Below are positions 12,790-25,109 of a stretch of 64,000 bases of DNA, piece by piece. The DNA is from the human T2T-CHM13v2.0 reference genome, Homo sapiens, in the NCBI RefSeq assembly GCF_009914755.1, contig NC_060940.1; one strand, written 5' to 3'. The translations under genes were made by a program, and so were the position numbers. The notes under the pieces are model-generated. The model made no database searches, was not told where the DNA came from, and worked only from the letters and a program-made list of their open reading frames with translations. Each line of letters starts with the position of its first letter. Position 1 is the stretch's first letter.

Positions 12790-13700
12790 AAGAGAGGCGG
12801 TATGTTCCTCCAGCCCCACTGATGTGGGCTTACTCATTACTCTAATGTAATCAGAAGAACATTAAACATTTCTAAAGTCTCCTCTCTTTTCCATGGCTGA
12901 TTAAGCAATTGGGAGCGGAGAGTTTACTGTGAAAAAAAGCAAACAATTATGTGCTATCCGAGGTAAACATTACCTTAGTAATGGAAGCTGAGATGCGCAG
13001 CCCCATCGTCAGTAGGGATTATCATTATAATACTTAAAATAACATTTATAACACTTACTGAAATTACACGAATGAAGTCTGCAGAGACACCGAAATGAAA
13101 TCAGCTCAATGTGTTTTTATAAGAATACTGAAATCTCTGTCCCTTGGAGGAAAGTTATAGGCATTAACAGTTTTTGCTAGGCCTCCATTAGCTGGTAAAA
13201 TTTGAATACTGTTTCTTAGGTGAGCTCTAATCTTCTTTGAATCCTCCCAACACATTTTATCTGTAAAAAATTGTAGTTAAAAATTTAGCTTGATGGAATG
13301 ATATTTAAGTGCTTTTCCTCATCTAACTCCCTGAAAGTGCCCCAGAGAGTCTCCCTGTAATTTGTTCAAACGAAATAATATTTTCGTTTCCCCGTTTCTC
13401 TTTGTTGTCTTGGGTGATGAAAAGTAACATTTCTTTTCTTTCAATCCTATTAAGCAAGGCTCGAGGAATGCCAGCCACTCAATCCAAATGCGATCTGGCA
13501 GACAGGCACTCAGCTTAAAAAACGGGACCTGCCAACCCGGGTTTCTGTCAGGAGCTGACATGTCACCAGGCGTCAGTTCTGTGCAACATTTCCCAAGCAA
13601 TAACCAGGGTTATCAGCAAGCTGAGTGAGTTTTTTCCTTCTCTCTCGCTCTCTTTATTTTGGTTGCCACGCTGGGAAACTTGGCTCAAATATCTGGTTAG
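12790..13700. promoter_or_regulatory. Candidate conserved non-coding element / enhancer
   Basis: Repeat-free and AT-rich, with many TAAT/ATTA, AAACAAT (12941), GTAAACA (12963) and a TGACA/TGTCA cluster (13546-13565). Conservation is inferred, not computed. Confidence 0.5.
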
Positions 13701-14084
13701 TTGCACCTACTCTGTCTGCACACCCATGCAACTCACCACGCTCACATAGTCTCCTGAGCCCACCTGACGCCTACACGCAAGCTGGGGATGCAAGAAACTG
13801 TCCCATTCTCCAACTGCAGAACTTCCTCCCAGGGGAAGCCCCTTCCAGGCAGGAAGGTGCATGAGATCCTACTCTGTTCCCTTCCTGAATCCATTGAGTC
13901 TCCTATTCCTCTTCTCATCCCCCATGGCTTCCTTCCATATTGCAGACATTGATCAAACTTACAAACTCCAAGCCACTCTTCAAAACCTGTTATAAAATGT
14001 CACCTCTTCTCTGAAGCCCTCCCCAGCATCCGAGTTGTATCTGTGCTCCCATTGCATTCTGCAAATGCTTTTACTTCATCCAGA

Positions 14085-14445
14085 AAGGTGTGATTAAATA
14101 AGTTACGGTGCAGCCATAAAATAAAACACTATGCATACTCTATTTTTTAATGAAGCAGAACCAAATGGGTTGAAATAGAAAGAAGTCCACAGTGCAAACC
14201 TAAAAGCGAAGGAAGCAAGGTGCAGAATAACCAATGTAATTGATCCCATCTGAATAATACATGGAAATGGGCATAGGAAATTCTTGGAGGCACATAAACA
14301 TCAATAAGAGTGGTAGGTGGCTTCCAGGCAGTGGAAACTGAGGGAGGAGTCAAGAGGGGTTAGAGAAGGAAGAATTTATATTCTTCTATGTATTAAAATG
14401 TTTTTCCACAAATATGCATTACTTTTGGATGAAAAAACAATAAAA
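14085..14445 (+). mobile_element. Old L1 (L1ME-like) 3' fragment
   Basis: Degenerate L1ME 3'UTR-like sequence ending atgcattacttttgg...aataaaa. Confidence 0.45.
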
Positions 14446-16152
14446 TCAACCTATGTTGATGAAAAAAACACTTATTAGCACCATTTTGAATTTCTACATT
14501 TAACTCACTGGAATGAATGCTATCACAGGATAAACCACTATCACCAAAGATCAGTTTTATCACACAACTTTCTAAATGACCCATACTCCCTATCCATATG
14601 TGAATATCTTGCTGACATCACAACTGTTAATTTATTGTATGTATGGAACCCCTCTGAAGATGAAATTCTCTTAGCGACCTACTCAAAATTGGGCTCTGCC
14701 TTCCCCTTTCTGTTCCTGCCTGGCTGGTAAACAGAAGGAAAGGCCAGCCAAGAAGAACCACGATGAGACCTCAGAGGCCACCTATGGACCGCAATTTTGG
14801 ACACTAGCAAAGGGTTAGGACCTAGGAACCTTCCTGGACTGATGGGAACAAATGGTCATGTGTTTGAGGCATTTTGGCCAACTTGCAATGGTGGGTTTTT
14901 TCATTTCCTGTATGTTCCTATCCTTGGATGAAAGAATAGCAAGAACAGTATGACCAGGGATGCTGGCAGGACACTGACATTTGGGTTTTCCAGATAAAGC
15001 TGCCATTTGACATTAGAAAAGCATCTTGTGATGATGCTAATCACACCATAAGTGGGGAAAAAAAGTCATGATGGCAGCATCATTCCCATTCTATAAGAAA
15101 TGTCTATGGATTCTAAATGATTTGAGAACAAATACATGTGCGCAAAAATATTAAGCCTATCAATTTTATTCTAATGACATAATTTTCTTTACAGATGCAT
15201 TAACCATCTACAGAAGTACTAATGACTATGCATATTTCATATATATTCACACACACATATATATATACACATACATAAATACATATATACACACACTTAT
15301 ATGTCGTCAAGCTCAATGACCATTACCCAGGGAGAAAGGGTGGATACTGTACCAAATCTATATCCAATAATGGCAAGTGCCTAGCAAGTGTGACATAGTG
15401 CTAATGAACAATCAATAAAATATATTGATCAGGTTTAGGCTAGTGGTCCTATAACCAAGTACCACAACCTTGCAAATATCAACTATCTGTCCAAAGTTGG
15501 GAATCCAAATGTTTTCTGCTACTTTGCTAAGTTATAAGAAAGCTAAATTCTTTTAAATTATGGACTGGAGCTAGGGGCAGGAGGAAGTTGGAGCCTGGGG
15601 TGCTCAGGAATGTGTCAGTCACAGACCCAGCTTGTTCACTGAGCAGATACCAGCCAGGCCTAGAAGATGCTAGAATAAGCTCTGATAACCACAAAGCATT
15701 GTCTTCCAAGCTTAAAAAGTCCCTTTTGTAAATATTGGTTTGTAGGCACCAACACCCATGTGCTTAGAGAAGGAAGATGCAGGAATGCAAACCTCTCCCA
15801 CACTTCCCATGAAAATGAGAGTTATAGCTGGTTGGTGCAAGGGTGTAAGAGGCCTCTGTGGAGCCCATTTCAAATGACAAAGAAGATCCCTCCCACAGCC
15901 CCCATCGTGTCCCTTAGTAGCTAACTGGATATACGAAAGAACGTCTATCTAATCCCTTTTAGGAGCTGGGCCTCTATTGTGGAATGAATTGGAGTGGCTG
16001 CTATCTACTGCCTACGCTTAGGGCATCCTGTACTTTGTCCAAAAACTGTGTTTTTCAAGCTTTAAGGGGGCTGCTGAACTTTGGTTTTCTGGGACTTTTC
16101 CAACAGCCCATACCACAGCCTCCCCGAGCCTCCTAGAGCTATAGGAATTGTC

Positions 16153-16555
16153 TGTACTCATACGCTGGGGCTGCCATAATGAAGAACCACATGAAGACTA
16201 GGTGACCTAAGCAACAGAAATTTATCTTCTCACAGTTCTGGAGGCTGGAAGTCCAAGATCAAGGTGGCAGTGTCAACAGAGCTAGCTTCCTCTGGGGCCT
16301 CCCTGCTTGGCTTGTAGGTGGCCACCCCCTCGCTGTGTCCTCCCATGATCTGTCCTCTGAGCACATGCATCCCTGATGTCTCTCTGTCCAATTTTCCTCT
16401 TCTTATGAGGACACCAGTGAGATTGTATTAGGGCCCAACTGAGGGCCTCATTTTGATTAAATTACCTATGTAACAATATGTAATTTATTGTTCAATATTG
16501 CTACATATTGCTTCAATATGTAGAATGCACCGGGAACATAATTCAGCCCAGAACA
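16153..16555 (-). mobile_element. MLT1B/C-like MaLR solo LTR
   Basis: TG...CA termini. ctcacagttctggaggctggaagtccaagatcaaggtg core. Near-TSD ttgtc / gtgtc. Confidence 0.85.
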
Positions 16556-17149
16556 GTGTCTTCTTGGGTCTCTGTTATTCCGGAAGGAAGGAGCCTCAGC
16601 TGTCTTGTCTGTGTCAGATCCAGAGCCTCCTCCCCGGCACTCACTTCATTAGCTAAGTGCACCAGGCTCCTCTAAGCACTGCCATGGCTTTCTCAAGGCA
16701 GAAGGGTCAGAAGTGCTCATGAACTTTCAGGGGCAATGACCCTGACTGTTTCTCCCCAGCCACCCTCTTTCTAAATTACCTTTAGGCTGTGGCAACAGGG
16801 ACTTGAAGGTAACTTCATCCAATCTCTTCCCCCAAGACCCCCTCAGGGTAGCAAGACCTGATGGATTGGAAGACCTTGCAGAAGGAAAATTATGATAATA
16901 AAGAGCCGTGGCTGCCCCCAGAACACAGATCAGGTGTGGGTGAGAAAGCGCTCAGGAGGCAGGCACTGACTCGGCCTCTCAGCCCCCTGAGGAGCAGCCC
17001 ACACCTTCCCTCCCACTCCCAAGGTCCCCTCAAGTCCCACAGCTACCAATGGAGGGTCAGATCCCCCACCCCCACACCCATAGCCGCTGTACAGCCAGCC
17101 ATTGTTACACAGGCCTCGATGGGGGGATGAGAGTTTGGGAGGTATTTTT

Positions 17150-18460
17150 TAGTTGCATGCATTTTGAAAAATTTGTTCATGTGTGAGATGCATACTGCCT
17201 GTGCTACAGAGAGCAGGCTTTGCAATCTGAATCGGCAAATTTGTTAACTGACTGTTGAGTCTAATGTTATACCACTATTCTGCCTCTCGTTAGCAACACA
17301 AATTACCGGCAATTAGCCGGCTGACTGTTCAAAGGCAGTTCAATTTCATGTATAAAGAGAACTATATAATGCTTAATGTATCTATCAAATGTAACAGCCC
17401 AAACAAAATTAATGATATGAATACAATGAGTGCTTATAAGGGATAATTACAAGGTGTCCGTCATGAGAGGCAAGCCATGGAGTCAGACGCACAATTCAGG
17501 CAAACAGTCACCAAAGTTCTCAAGGCTGGCCTAGGCTGTTAGGAGACGGAAAAGGAATTGTGATCCAGAGGAGGCTCAGCCCTGTCACTGGACAGGGTGG
17601 GAAAGCAGGCCACCGTGACGTCTGAAATATACAACTGTGATTTCAAGCCCTGAGTAAAATGAGACAGTGGGCTCCATTTCCTCATCTGTAAAATGGGAAC
17701 AATAGCATCTGCCTCCCAGAACGCTAACCTGGCACAACACAACCAAACAGCAACGAAAGAGCACTGCTAACTCTCCTGGCCTCACCTGGAAGAAGGTGGT
17801 GATGCTGTTGATGTTCTTATTATTACATAAGAATTTCCGAGGTGAGGCCCAGCAGACCTCTTCCCGCCTGCGTCGCTGACAGAGTAGCGTGGCGTGATAC
17901 AAACGACACTTCGATTTAATTACCACCTTTTTTTTTTTCCTCCTGTAACTAAACATTTTCCTCTGCTCAGTATCCCTGGAATGACTGGGCCATTCCCAGT
18001 GTATTACTTGCATATCTATAATTAAATAATTAAGAATTGTTCAAGCCCTTCCAAACACAACAAAAGGCGATGATTATTTCAAAGCCACTTTAGGAAGAGT
18101 CAAGCCCCTATCAGCTCCATTTTTTGCTAATAGTTATGCAAGGCTGCACCGGCAGCATTCCCTCTTGCATGCCAGCACACCAATAAATTAAGATATTCCT
18201 GGCCGCATCTGCACGAGGGAAATTAGAGCATTACCTGGTCCCCGCCAGTGTGCCAGCTCCGAGCGGCAGGCGCAGCCCACGCTGGGCGACCAGCTGTCTG
18301 CGAATGTGGCGTGTGGATCACAGCTCAGAGCCAGGGGATCTCTTAGGAGGTCTGCTCTAATATCACAACTGCCTCGCTGCAGGACTGTTCCCTTCACAGC
18401 ACAGTATTCAAACACTTCTTCCGCCTCTTTCTTTCCAACTCCGAACCAGGGAGAACCGGG
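17150..18460. promoter_or_regulatory. Candidate conserved enhancer block (two sub-blocks around a small MIR piece at ~17640-17740)
   Basis: Homeobox (TAATTA) and TCF/LEF (TTCAAAG) motifs. CpG retention at 17836-17915 and 18200-18310. Confidence 0.5.
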
Positions 18461-18999
18461 AGCTGGGACCTCCGAGCCAGTCCCCGGATGCCAACATGAG
18501 CCTGGCTGATTTTTCTTGTTCACCTCGGAATCCTTAATGGTGAGGACAGCACCAAGGCACTTTGTTTTCTGAAACCCCAGCCCCAGCTGCCTTGGAGGAG
18601 GGGCAACCTCATTCCTGGTGGGTGTAACTTCACCAGGCACAATGTCTCGTTGGTTTTGATGAGGGACAAGTAGCCCCTGTGAAGACTTAACAGCCAAAAT
18701 GATTCCACAACGGTTTACACAAGCACAAACTCGCTGTCACAAAGAGAGGGAAAGACCGATTTTCCCAGAAATGGGTGGAGGCTTTCAGTTTGGGAGGCCA
18801 AGTCCCAGGGTGTGTAACGTCTTGAGGGTCAATATCCAGTTTCCCATGCGTTCCTTTAGGTCTGAATCTCTCTCCCTCTGCAGAGCTCCTGAGCCCCTGA
18901 CAATGACAGACAGGCCTTGGAAACGGTCCCTGTGCTTTAGACAAACAAAAGCAAAAAGAATGAAGTGCCACTGACCCTGCATTTGGCGAATGTTCGAGG

Positions 19000-19790
19000 C
19001 ATCCAGATGAAGCCTCTTTGGCAAAATAACCTGAGGTGCCACAGACCTGGATCAGAGCTGGGGCTTGGCAGGTGGGAAGAGTGAGGCTATGAACATCGGG
19101 GGTCCAACAAACATGTGGGTAGGGGTTGTGGGGACAGGTGGAAGGAGCTGATCTAGGAGCTGCTGCTGAGTCAGAAGCACTGAGACAAGGGGCTTTGACA
19201 CTGGTGTGGGAGAGGGTGAAGACAGTTTCAGGCAGCTGGCTGTTGGGGTGGAACAGGAGAGAGAAGGAAGTTAGGGCTGGACACCATTGATGAGGGTTTT
19301 CAGACATGCCTGAGGACAAGAGTGTCTAAGGAGTAGTCAACAGGGTCTAATGGCCTGGAAAGACTATAAAAGTCATCAACTTCTACAATCAGGAGTCACC
19401 GGTGACTCTAGCAAAAAGAATTTCAAAGAGCATCATGCTCTTTGCAATGCCTCTAACTTTTGCTGTACTTATCACCTAAGAATTATCTTTCACTGTTTCT
19501 TCTGGTGAACTCTTATTCATCACTTTAGAGACCCAACTCAAATGCCTCTCCTCTTTCAAACTTCCACTGACCACCCCCTATCTTCACATATCTATTCCCA
19601 CGCACACATAACCAGGACAGGCAATCACTTCCTAACCCATTCATACTACTTAGGAATTTGCACATCTATGTGTCTACCTCTCCCATCAGATTGGATATTC
19701 CTCTAGGATAGGAGCTGTGTTTGCCTTAGCTCAGGGTCCCCAGCAAACAGCAAAAAGCCTGGCATGGAGCTGGCAGAAACAGACCAGATG
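19000..19790. mobile_element. Two degenerate L2 fragments in opposite orientation
   Basis: Purine-rich antisense L2 body to ~19420, then a pyrimidine-rich sense L2 3' end (cttattcatc...caaatgcctctcc). Confidence 0.45.
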
Positions 19791-21129
19791 GCATGAGAGG
19801 AAAACTATTCCAAGCCTAGGGTGGAGAGTCTGAGACCCTGTGAATCTTCCCTGCTGCAGTAGGCTGCCTCAGTAAGTTGTACTGGGGGTCAACTCCTGAA
19901 CCAACAGGGCCAGAAACCAGAAGACCATGGGCATCCATGTGTTTGTACTCAGTGCATGAGATGAACATCTTCCTCCCAGGGCACACTGGGGGCGTCTGTC
20001 CAGAGGGGTGGCAGCTGGCTCCCGACCTTACATACGCTGAGGCTAAGCCCCATCCCCAAAGGACAGAGCTCTCACCAGGTCCCATGAGGCCCACAAGTGA
20101 AAACTGGATTCTTCTCCCTTTCACTCCATCTGGGTATGAGCTGTTGCAAATTATGCTGCACTTTCTTGGCTTCATGAGCAGGTTAAATTCCACCCAAGCT
20201 GGTCTCATCAGTACCCAAACAGGCTACATCCTTCTAAACCTTTTCTGACTATTCCATCCTCTACATTCTCTTTCCCATCAAAAACTCAGACTCTAGCATT
20301 TAATCCTAAACTGTTTATAACATGAGATGTTTTACGGTAGCTATGTCTGCCTCCCAAATATGTTGAAAGCTTCTAGAGGGCAGCAACAAATCCTATATCT
20401 TTTAAAATATCTACCTCAATCCAAAGCCAAGCAAGAATATTTGATAGGAAAATAGTGGGAAAGTGCTGCCTGCTACCACTACGCCACCAGTGGCAGACAT
20501 GGCCAAACAAGCACCTATCTGCTATCTCATGATGAATGATTCATGCATGCAACTTGATCACTTCTGCCAGTTTTATCGGACAGCTGCTCTCCAACAGAAC
20601 TGGAAGGAGCTGTGAAGTGCATGACTTCAAGGAGGCCCCAAGAAGCTACTGCTCACAGCAGCAATGTGCTTGGATGCAGCCCCTCTCTGAGGTCCTCCCC
20701 AGCAGCCCTCCTCTGTCAACAACTGAAGGGGCCACAGAAAATCAGGAGAAACAAAGACAACAGCCACCATCCCCATTCTTGGCATTTCCCCCAAGAGTCA
20801 CTGAAACCCCTCTTCCCACTCCACATTCCAGTCTCAGTAGGTCAAAGTCCATCACAAAGGGGAAAACCCAGCTCTCTAGGATGTGCCCTTGTCCAAGCTT
20901 TCCCACTGCCTACCCAACCAAAATCAGACAAAGAGATAAGACAAAAGGTAGGAACTCTTGAGCCATCCATCTGCTGTCTTTAATATTAGTTTATAAACAT
21001 GATTTCTTCCTCCTCTGCTACTCGCTCTACTCTGGGCGAAGAAACGTAGCTCAAGACCTGATCTGGGTATCACTTTTCAAATGCCCAAATCCCTGTAAAG
21101 GTTTAGTGTCTAGCTGTGTGCATTTTGCT

Positions 21130-21900
21130 CAGTATTAACATGTTCAATGGAGTACTTTGATTTTTTTTTTTATCTAGACGCCAGAAGCTGGTGAATATAT
21201 GCTTCATAGCTTCAGATAAACCTTTTGTTCTTCTGGGGCTGATCAGCTGGTGGAGCAGCGAGAGGGAGAAGGGGAGGGGAATTCACAGGGGCTCAGCGGT
21301 TTCAAAAAGTCAAATTACCTCTGAGCCATAGCAAGGCTGATAATTTAAATGAAAAAATATATATACAGGCTGCAGCACACAACATCGTCTCTGTTAGGAC
21401 TTTTAATGAAGCCCCAGTTGTGATGACACTGAAGCCGGGAACGCTACAGTGGGATAATTACTTGGCTCCCACACAGCTGAGTTCCATAGATGCATTATTA
21501 ACGGCACATTCCTCGCCATAACGAGAGCTGAACAGAGGTAGGCTCCGCAGACCTTGGCGTCCGCCATTAGCGGCCTGGCGCAAACACAAATGAGTGTTTT
21601 CACAAAAGCATGCAAAGGTTGTGAAATTCCAACGAGTCTTGAGTCTTGTGCTGGGAGGTGGAGATGGGATGGGGTAAAGGGGAAGTGGCGAATATATATA
21701 TATATATATATATTTGGTCCATACAGACGTGACCAGAGATGTCACCTTTCCCTGCGCAAGGTACTTGGAGTAAGGCAACCTGGGAAATTATGGAGTCAGA
21801 ACACATTGATTTTCCCGCAGCAGATCCAGGCAGCAGCCCTGATGAAGAATTACAGAAGAAATGCAATAACCTAATTCTCCTCCAACCTGGCCCTGCTGCG
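21130..21900. promoter_or_regulatory. Candidate conserved enhancer with CpG-retaining core
   Basis: Repeat-free. CpG cluster at 21435-21585 with CAGAC, TGGCGTC, CCGCCATT and TGGCGC motifs. Confidence 0.45.
21692..21713. repeat. (AT)11 microsatellite
   Basis: Direct reading. Confidence 0.95.
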
Positions 21901-22749
21901 CCTGCAGCCCTAAGCGTACCTGGCTGGGGCTGCGGGCAGCACCTCCTGACCCGGGCATGCTGCACAGCTGGACTCCCGTTTGGCACTGCCGGGCAGTCCC
22001 CCATTCCCAGCCCCGGCTCACACCCAAGCCACAGCACTCACACCGGCCACGTTTTCAAGACATGCAGGCATCACGGCTGCTTCGGGGGGCAAGGGTCTTC
22101 TGGAAAAGAGAAAGCCACAGATACGGGCATTCTTGCTCCCAGCTCACCCCAATTAAAAGCAGGGATAAAGACACACACTCATTATCACCCAGGGCCAGGG
22201 AGAGCCTCTGCACATCCCATACAGGAGCTCCAGGGCACCAGGGTGACTTAGCCAAGGCTGGTGGGAAGCCGTTCCCCCAGCCCTGTGCTTCCCCTTGGTC
22301 TTCTCCTCGATTTCTCTTCCCCTGGAAGCGTCTGTTTCAAGGTGACCCTGTTTCATGAGTTAGCCCCAGCGTCCCCCGCCTGCTCACAGAACCAGGGGCC
22401 TCCCAGTAATTAACACCCGCACTTGATGAGGTCCAGCTGGCAAACTGAAGCGATGCCAGCATCCTCACACCACAACCTGGGCTCCAGCCGGCCCGGTGAG
22501 GGCCTTTCCCCCACCACCACTCTGGCCACTCTGTCTCCAGAGAAGGAGGGGAAAGTCACCCATTTGGTTAGGATGATGTTCAATAGAGAGTTGTTTCTAA
22601 TAGTGACACTACTAAAAGCTCCAACGGGAAATTTAAACTGTGGCACTTCTTATAATGGAACACCAAGCAGCCACTAAAAATGATGATGTAGAGACATGTG
22701 TGCTGACACAGAAAACTGTCACTGCCTACTGTTGGGGGGAAATGATTAC

Positions 22750-23475
22750 AAAATAATATGGGCATTGTAACTCCACTGGAAACCAAACCAAGTGTGCTAA
22801 AATAGTACGGACAGTATAAGTCCACTGCAAACTAAACACAAGTGTGCAAAAATAGGATGAGCATTGTAACTCCACTGGAAACCAAGCCAAGTGTACAAAA
22901 ATAGTATGGGCATTATGACTCCACTGGGAAGCAAACAAGTGTGCAAAAACAGTATGGGTATTATAAGTCCACCACAAACTAAACATAAGTGTGCAAAATA
23001 GTATAGGCATTATAACCCCACTGGAAACCAAGCCAAGTGTGCAAAAATAGTATGGGCATTGTAAGTCTACTGAAAACTAAACATAAATATGCAAAAACAG
23101 TATGGCCATTTATAACTCCACTGGAAACCAAACCAAGTATGCTAAAATAGTATGGGCATTATAAGTCCACTGCAACTAAACACAAGTGTGCAAAAATAGG
23201 GCATTATAACTCCACTGGAAGCCAAGCCAAGTGTGCAAAAATAGTATGGACATTGTAAGTCCACTGCAAACTAAACACAAATGTGTAAAAATAGTATGGG
23301 CATTATAACTGCACTGGAAACCAAACACAAGTGTGCAAAAGTCTGTGCATTATAACTCCACTGGAAACTAAACAGTATGGGCATTAAAACTGCATTGGAA
23401 ACCAAACACAAGTGTGCAAAAACAGTACAGACATTAAAACTCTGCTGGAAACCAAACATGAGTATGCAAAAGAGT
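22750..23475. repeat. Minisatellite, 15 units of ~49-50 bp with A/B higher-order structure
   Basis: Consensus aaaatagtatgggcattataa(c/g)tccactg(g/c)aaac(c/t)aaac(a)caagtgtgca. Unit starts at 22750, 22799, 22849, 22898, 22946, 22995, 23044, 23094, 23144, 23193, 23238, 23288, ~23338, ~23370 and 23419. Confidence 0.95.
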
Positions 23476-23723
23476 AGGCAGTGATTCCATTTCTACACAG
23501 GAAAAAAAAACAGGCACCACTGTCTTTGCTGTTAGAAGTCAGGGTTGTGGTCCTCTGGGGGCTGGGACAGGAAGGTGCAGGAGGTGAACTTCTGGGGTGT
23601 GGGTCACACTGTGTCATGATGTAGTGCTTACCTGGGTTTGGTCTGGGAAAATTCAGCAAGCTATCTGCTGCTTATGACAAGTAAGCTTTTCTGTATGTAA
23701 TGCATCAATAAAGGGTTATTACA

Positions 23724-23769
23724 TTAGGTTGGTGTAAAAGTAATTGAGGTTTTTGCAGTTGCTTTTAAT
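23724..23769 (+). mobile_element. Half MADE1 (Hsmar1 mariner MITE), single TIR
   Basis: ttaggttggtgtaaaagtaattgaggtttttgcagttgcttttaat versus consensus TTAGGTTGGTGCAAAAGTAATTGCGGTTTTTGCCATTACTTTTAAT. Confidence 0.85.
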
Positions 23770-24825
23770 TTCTATTTATTGATATGTCTACTTTTCTGTA
23801 TAAATATCAAACTACAACAAAATGCTTTTTAAAACTGTATCTATGCATGTGTGAACACACAGAATTGGGAAAGGTAAACATCAAATTGTTAACAGCAGTT
23901 TTCCCTGGGAGGTGAGATTAAGGGTGATTTCTATCTCTTTCTTCTGTTTATCAGCATTTTTTTTCTTGTAAGGAAAGTGTATTATTTGAGTTTTTTAAAA
24001 CACAGCTTTTTTAAAAACAGGAGGGGCAGTTCAGCTGAAATTATAAGGAACACAGCCAATTAGGAAAATTGATAACAACCACCACATCATCATCTACTCA
24101 ACAAATAAAGCATAAAATGCAGTTTGGGACCTATTCGACCCCAGAGTCTTCTTAATGCAGGCTCCCCTAAAACACAGTGACAGAATTCTTTTGCAGAAGT
24201 CACTTGCAGGAGTGAATTCTTTTTCCCTGGCCTGGGCCATAAGCCATGAACCAAAACGTGAATAAGACAGCTCTGTGTGCCAGGGCATCGCTGTAAAGCC
24301 TATCCTCGTCACCCACACCAGCCGGGAGTCAGCCACGTGCAACCAGAGAATAGTTACACAAAAGACAAAGCAGGCAGGAAACTCAAACCCACTCAGCAAA
24401 GGTGTGTGATGCCCCCACCTCTGCCAGAACCGGCGGACCTGAGGGCTATCCCCTCGCCTCCCCTCCCCACATGCTCCTTGCTCATTTTAGATCCATTTCT
24501 AACAGATCAGTCTTCACTCTGCGATGCCCAGATTCACAGGCTCAACTTCTCACTGCCATCCATAAACAGGGAAGAAGATATGTTAGCAAGGTGTGGAGAG
24601 ACAGCTTTCGTGCGGTTGTGGGTCTGGAGAAGGGTCAGTCATCCAGGTGCAGTCATCAGCTCACCCTCCCCAAACCAAAATCCTTCAAATACCTGATCAA
24701 GATGGATTTGGAGGAAAGGTTGTATGGGGGAGTGAAGAGAAGGGGGACCCCTGGTGGTGACTGCTATCCACAGCAATCCAGCTCTGACCCCAAACTCATC
24801 CCCACCCCAAAGAGCCAAACCTCTG

Positions 24826-25109
24826 GGCTCTGCGTGGTGGCTCATGCCTGTAATCTCAGTGCTTTGGGAGGATCACAAGAAGCCAAGAGTTCAAGACCAG
24901 CCTGGGCAACATAGCAAGATCCTGTCTCTACAAAAAAAATTTAAAAATTAGCCAGGGGTGGTGGCACGTGCCTGTGGTCCCAGCTACTCAGGAGGCTGAG
25001 GTGGAAGGATTGCTGGAGCCTGGGAGGTCAAGGCTGCAGTGAGCTATGATCATGCCACTGCACTCCAGTCTGGGTGACAGAGTAAGACCTTGTCTCAAAA
25101 AAAAAAAAA
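24826..25109 (+). mobile_element. AluJ with small left-arm deletion
   Basis: Alu dimer with J diagnostics and a poly(A) tail. Confidence 0.95.

Larger units (their letters stand above)
22570..23990 (+). mobile_element. Nested old L1 (L1ME-type) 3'-end fragments hosting a minisatellite
   Basis: L1ME-like segments flank the array: aaactgtggcac...ataatggaaca, gattccatttc...gttagaagtcaggg and aaattgttaacagcag. Confidence 0.65.

Noticed and set aside
22750-23475. CRISPR-like regularly spaced repeats
   Set aside because: Units are homologous along their whole length with no unique spacers. There are no cas genes and the context is a mammalian intron.
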